Sequence record: SRR22947727_354
Length of the DNA: 54,742 bases
Direction: 5' to 3' (one strand)
The notes under the pieces were generated by a model. It did not search any database. It had not been told where the DNA came from and worked only from the letters and a program-made list of their open reading frames with translations. Of the stretch, positions 51,562-54,742 are shown one piece after another. A program made the position numbers and the translations under genes. Position 1 is the first letter of the stretch. Every line of letters starts with the position of its first letter.

Positions 51562-51718
51562 GCGACGACTGCTTTTTCGCGATTAGTTTTTCAATCCCTG
51601 GGGCCATAAATTTTCTCTCGGGAGCTGCCTCTGGCCGAGCCGTGGTTTGGTTATGTGGCACCCACCTGCAAAGCAGGTCACAGAGGATGATACAACGACG
51701 GTTAAGGTGGTTGCCGCC
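51561..51718 (+). ncRNA. ssrS: 6S RNA
   Basis: Between zapA and ygfA; ends pair (GGCGACGACTGC / GTGGTTGCCGCC); alphaproteobacterial core motifs TCCCTGGGGCC, GGGAGCTG, GGCACCCACCTG. Confidence 0.85.
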
Positions 51719-51747
51719 GCTTTCTTGCTATTGGCCATGAGGCTTGC

Positions 51748-52371
51748 ATGTCACAAAAGACGTCTGGTTTGTCCAAAGCCAATCTTGATCCTGCCAAAGC
51801 CAAAGCGGCCTGCCGCAAGCTGGCGGCGCAAAACCGCAATCATCTTGCCGCAAGTCAAACCGATGCCGCCACCTTGCTGGCAACGCATGCCGAGCGTCTG
51901 ATTAATCGGTTTGGCAAAGGCATTTATGCTGCCTATTTCCCCATCCGAAGTGAATTATCGCCGCTTGATCTAATGGCGCGGCTTGCCGGTTTGGGCTGTG
52001 CGACCGCATTGCCCATCACGCCAGCCGAAGGCCAGCCTTTGCGCTTTCATCGCTGGGCCGTCGGTGATCGGCTTGATGATGGGCCTTATGGCACCAAACA
52101 ACCGCCTGCAGATCAGCCGCTTTGCCGTCCTGATGTGATTCTGGCACCGATGCTGGCGTTTGATGCGGCTGGCTGGCGGCTTGGCTATGGTGGTGGATTT
52201 TATGATCGCACGCTTGCTGTTCTCAGCGGCGCAGCGCATCATCTACCGGTGATCGGCATTGCCTATGATGGTCAAAAGCTGGACAAAATACCGGTTGGCC
52301 CCTATGACATGCCGCTTGATGCGGTTCTGTGCCCAACCGGTTTGTTCACGCCGGTGCCGTCGCAAAATTGA
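51748..52371 (+). CDS. ygfA: 5-formyltetrahydrofolate cyclo-ligase
   Basis: YFPIRSE, PMLAFD, RLGYGGGFYDRTL, DMPLD. Confidence 0.94.
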   Translation: MSQKTSGLSKANLDPAKAKAACRKLAAQNRNHLAASQTDAATLLATHAERLINRFGKGIYAAYFPIRSELSPLDLMARLAGLGCATALPITPAEGQPLRFHRWAVGDRLDDGPYGTKQPPADQPLCRPDVILAPMLAFDAAGWRLGYGGGFYDRTLAVLSGAAHHLPVIGIAYDGQKLDKIPVGPYDMPLDAVLCPTGLFTPVPSQN

Positions 52372-52488
52372 TTTGATGACCGTGGTTTGATTGCCGTTTT
52401 TGGATGTTTGCTGGCGGTAATCATTTCGGTGATCGTGATATGCCAAGCAATGCTGCAGAACAGCGGCATTGATTAAGGATAGAGTGTA

Positions 52489-53286
52489 ATGCGCGTTTTG
52501 TTTTTGGGAGATATTGTTGGCCGGACGGCGCGCAATGATGTGATTGAACAATTACCACTTCTTCGAGATGAACTGGTGCTCGATTTTATCGTGGTAAATT
52601 GTGAAAATGCGGCTGGCGGGTTTGGCATCACGCCGAAAATCTGTGATGCGCTTTTTGCCGCTGGTGCTGATGTTCTGACAACCGGCAATCACGTCTGGGA
52701 CAAAAAGGAAATTATTGATTATATCGCGTCTGAACCAAGGTTGCTGCGGCCGTTGAACATGGCTGAAGGCACCCCGGGGAACGGCATTGTTCAGGTGACG
52801 AATGCCGCTGGCAAGCGGCTTGTCGCGGTGAATTTGATGACCAATCTGTTTATGGCGGCAAATGATCCGGTTTTTCCGGCATTGAATGATGCGCTGGTTC
52901 GCAACAAGCTTGGCCGTGATGCCGATTTTATCTTGATTGATGTTCATGGCGAGGCAACATCGGAAAAAATGGCGCTTGGCCATTACGCGGATGGCCGAGC
53001 GTCGCTTGTGGTGGGAACGCATACGCATGTGCCAACCGCCGATCACCGTATTCTGGCGGGCGGCACGGCCTATCAGACCGATGCTGGTATGTGCGGTGAT
53101 TATGATAGTGTGATTGGCATGGATAAAGGCGCGGCAACCGACCGCTTTCTTGGGCGAGGCAATAGCCGTCTTTCGGTCGCACTTGGGCCGGTAACGCTGA
53201 GCGGTGTGATTGTTGAAACAGCGGAAACTGGCCTTGCAACCGCAATTTATCCGCTTCGCCGTGGCGGGGTTTTGTTGCCAGGCTAG
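52489..53286 (+). CDS. YmdB-family metallophosphoesterase
   Basis: LGDIVG, NCENAAGG, TGNHVWD, DVHGEATSEK, GTHTHV, TDAGMCG. Confidence 0.94.
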   Translation: MRVLFLGDIVGRTARNDVIEQLPLLRDELVLDFIVVNCENAAGGFGITPKICDALFAAGADVLTTGNHVWDKKEIIDYIASEPRLLRPLNMAEGTPGNGIVQVTNAAGKRLVAVNLMTNLFMAANDPVFPALNDALVRNKLGRDADFILIDVHGEATSEKMALGHYADGRASLVVGTHTHVPTADHRILAGGTAYQTDAGMCGDYDSVIGMDKGAATDRFLGRGNSRLSVALGPVTLSGVIVETAETGLATAIYPLRRGGVLLPG

Positions 53287-53473
53287 CTGATGCGGCATCT
53301 TTGCCAAACATGATGTCTACCATAATGCCAGCGATAATGATCGTGACGAAAAATGAGTGGCAAGGCTGGTTCCCCAAGCTTTGATCTGCTATACCTTTGC
53401 GCATCGGGTCTTGCCGTTGGCTTGAGCCGAAAAAAGCAAACCCGACAAACAAGCAGATAAGCAATAAGAGATC

Positions 53474-54214
53474 ATGGCAGGCCATTCCAAATTTAAAAAT
53501 ATCATGCATCGCAAAGGTGCGCAGGACAAAAAGCGCGCCAAGGTTTTTGGTCGTCTTATTAAAGAGCTGACCGTTGCCGCCCGCAGCAGCACTGATCCTG
53601 ATTCAAACCCACGCTTGCGCTCGGCCCTATCGGCGGCGCGCGCTGCCAATATGCCCAAGGATAATATCGAGCGCGTGCTTAAACGCGCCGAGGGTGGTGA
53701 GGGTGAAAATTATGATGAAATCCGCTATGAGGGCTATGGCCCGGGTGGCACCGCGCTAATCGTTGATGCGATGACCGATAACCGGAACCGCACCGCATCA
53801 GAAGTGCGCGCCGCCTTTAACAAATTCGGCGGGTCACTTGGCGAAACCGGATCGGTTAGCTTTATGTTTGATCGGGTTGGCCAAATCATCTATCCGGCTG
53901 ATGTGACCGATGCAGATACAATGTTCGAAGCGGTTCTTGAAGCCGGTGCCGAAAATGTGGAATCAGATGAAAACGGGCATGAAGTGACTTGCGCGCCAGA
54001 TGATTTCAACACCATTCGTGAAGCATTGGAAACTGTATTTGGTGCGCCCGAAGAATCGGGTCTGACATGGAAACCGCAAAATTTGATTGCCGTTGATGAG
54101 GGGCAGGCCGCAACCTTGTTAAAGCTTCTTGATGCGCTTGATGATAATGACGATGTGCAGAATGTGTCGTCGAATTTTGACATTTCGGATGACGTCATTG
54201 CCAAGCTTGCCTAA
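53474..54214 (+). CDS. yebC: YebC/PmpR-family protein
   Basis: [36 protein letters not shown]. Confidence 0.96.
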   Translation: MAGHSKFKNIMHRKGAQDKKRAKVFGRLIKELTVAARSSTDPDSNPRLRSALSAARAANMPKDNIERVLKRAEGGEGENYDEIRYEGYGPGGTALIVDAMTDNRNRTASEVRAAFNKFGGSLGETGSVSFMFDRVGQIIYPADVTDADTMFEAVLEAGAENVESDENGHEVTCAPDDFNTIREALETVFGAPEESGLTWKPQNLIAVDEGQAATLLKLLDALDDNDDVQNVSSNFDISDDVIAKLA

Positions 54215-54223
54215 GTGGGGACG

Positions 54224-54742
54224 ATGATGCGGATTCTTGGCATCGATCCCGGATTGCGATGCACTGGCTGGGGCGTTATTGCCCTCGATGGTGGGCGGTT
54301 GCAGCATATTGCCAATGGTGCCATTCAGCCCAAACCCACGCTTGACGATGCCGCGCGGCTGCAAATCATTTTTGATGGGCTTTGCGAGGTGATTAATCTT
54401 CACCAACCCGATCAGGCGGCGATTGAACAGATCTTTGTGGCAAAATCAGCCGGATCGGCGCTTCGGCTTGGCATGGCGCGCGGCGTTGGTATTCTTGCTT
54501 GCGGCGTCAATAGGCTTGGCGTTGGCGAAATTTCGGCGCGTGCGGTCAAAAAGGCTGTTGCTGGCACTGGCACTGCCGATAAAAAACAAATCCAAGATAT
54601 GGTCACGCGCCTGTTGGCAGTCACGGCACAAAATGCCGATGCTGCCGATGCGCTGGCAATTGCAATCGCCGCCAGCAATGAGGCTGGTACAGCGGCGTCA
54701 GTCGGGGTAGAGTTGAGCCAAGGACAAATGAGCCAAGGACAA
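54224..54742 (+). CDS. ruvC: Holliday junction resolvase RuvC, runs off the window end (absent from the ORF track)
   Basis: ATG 54224/54227: MRILGIDPGLRCTGWG...AAIEQIF...LGMARG...DAADALAIAI; no stop before 54742. Confidence 0.95.
   Translation, partial: MMRILGIDPGLRCTGWGVIALDGGRLQHIANGAIQPKPTLDDAARLQIIFDGLCEVINLHQPDQAAIEQIFVAKSAGSALRLGMARGVGILACGVNRLGVGEISARAVKKAVAGTGTADKKQIQDMVTRLLAVTAQNADAADALAIAIAASNEAGTAASVGVELSQGQMSQGQ
54714..54742 (+). repeat. 15-bp tandem repeat TGAGCCAAGGACAAA (at least 2 copies) in the ruvC tail
   Basis: Copies at 54714 and 54729, cut by the window edge. Confidence 0.85.

Overview
Core-chromosome segment of an alphaproteobacterium, judged from gene order such as efp-suhB-motA/motB-like, zapA-6S-ygfA-ymdB-yebC-ruvC, petP/petR-like-envZ and carAB-greA. 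It resembles a marine SAR116/Rhodospirillales-type genome, but that assignment is inference. It carries about 50 mostly housekeeping genes (proC, ilvE, pgsA, uvrC, uvrB, msrP, greA, carAB, dnaG, rpoD, ispB, glyQS, ppdK, rpmE, suhB, efp, gap, tkt, zapA, ruvC), a tRNA-Ile(CAT) and a 6S RNA. Five signals stand out. (1) A ~600 bp uvrB-uvrC spacer holds a three-DnaA-box core with the inverted/5 bp/3 bp geometry of E. coli DnaA-reactivating sequences (DARS), followed by Fis-like and IHF-like sites. (2) A 1.3 kb phage/GTA-derived lysis mini-cassette sits between rlmD and ispB; it has an HTH-less S24 repressor fragment, a 3TM holin split by one in-frame amber codon, and an intact GH24 lysozyme. (3) A non-flagellar MotA/MotB-like pair has a 49-aa stalk duplication. 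(4) The GAPDH has NADP-type cofactor-site residues. (5) Tandem duplications of 7-18 bp recur at gene ends. All calls come from reading the sequence; no database searches were run.
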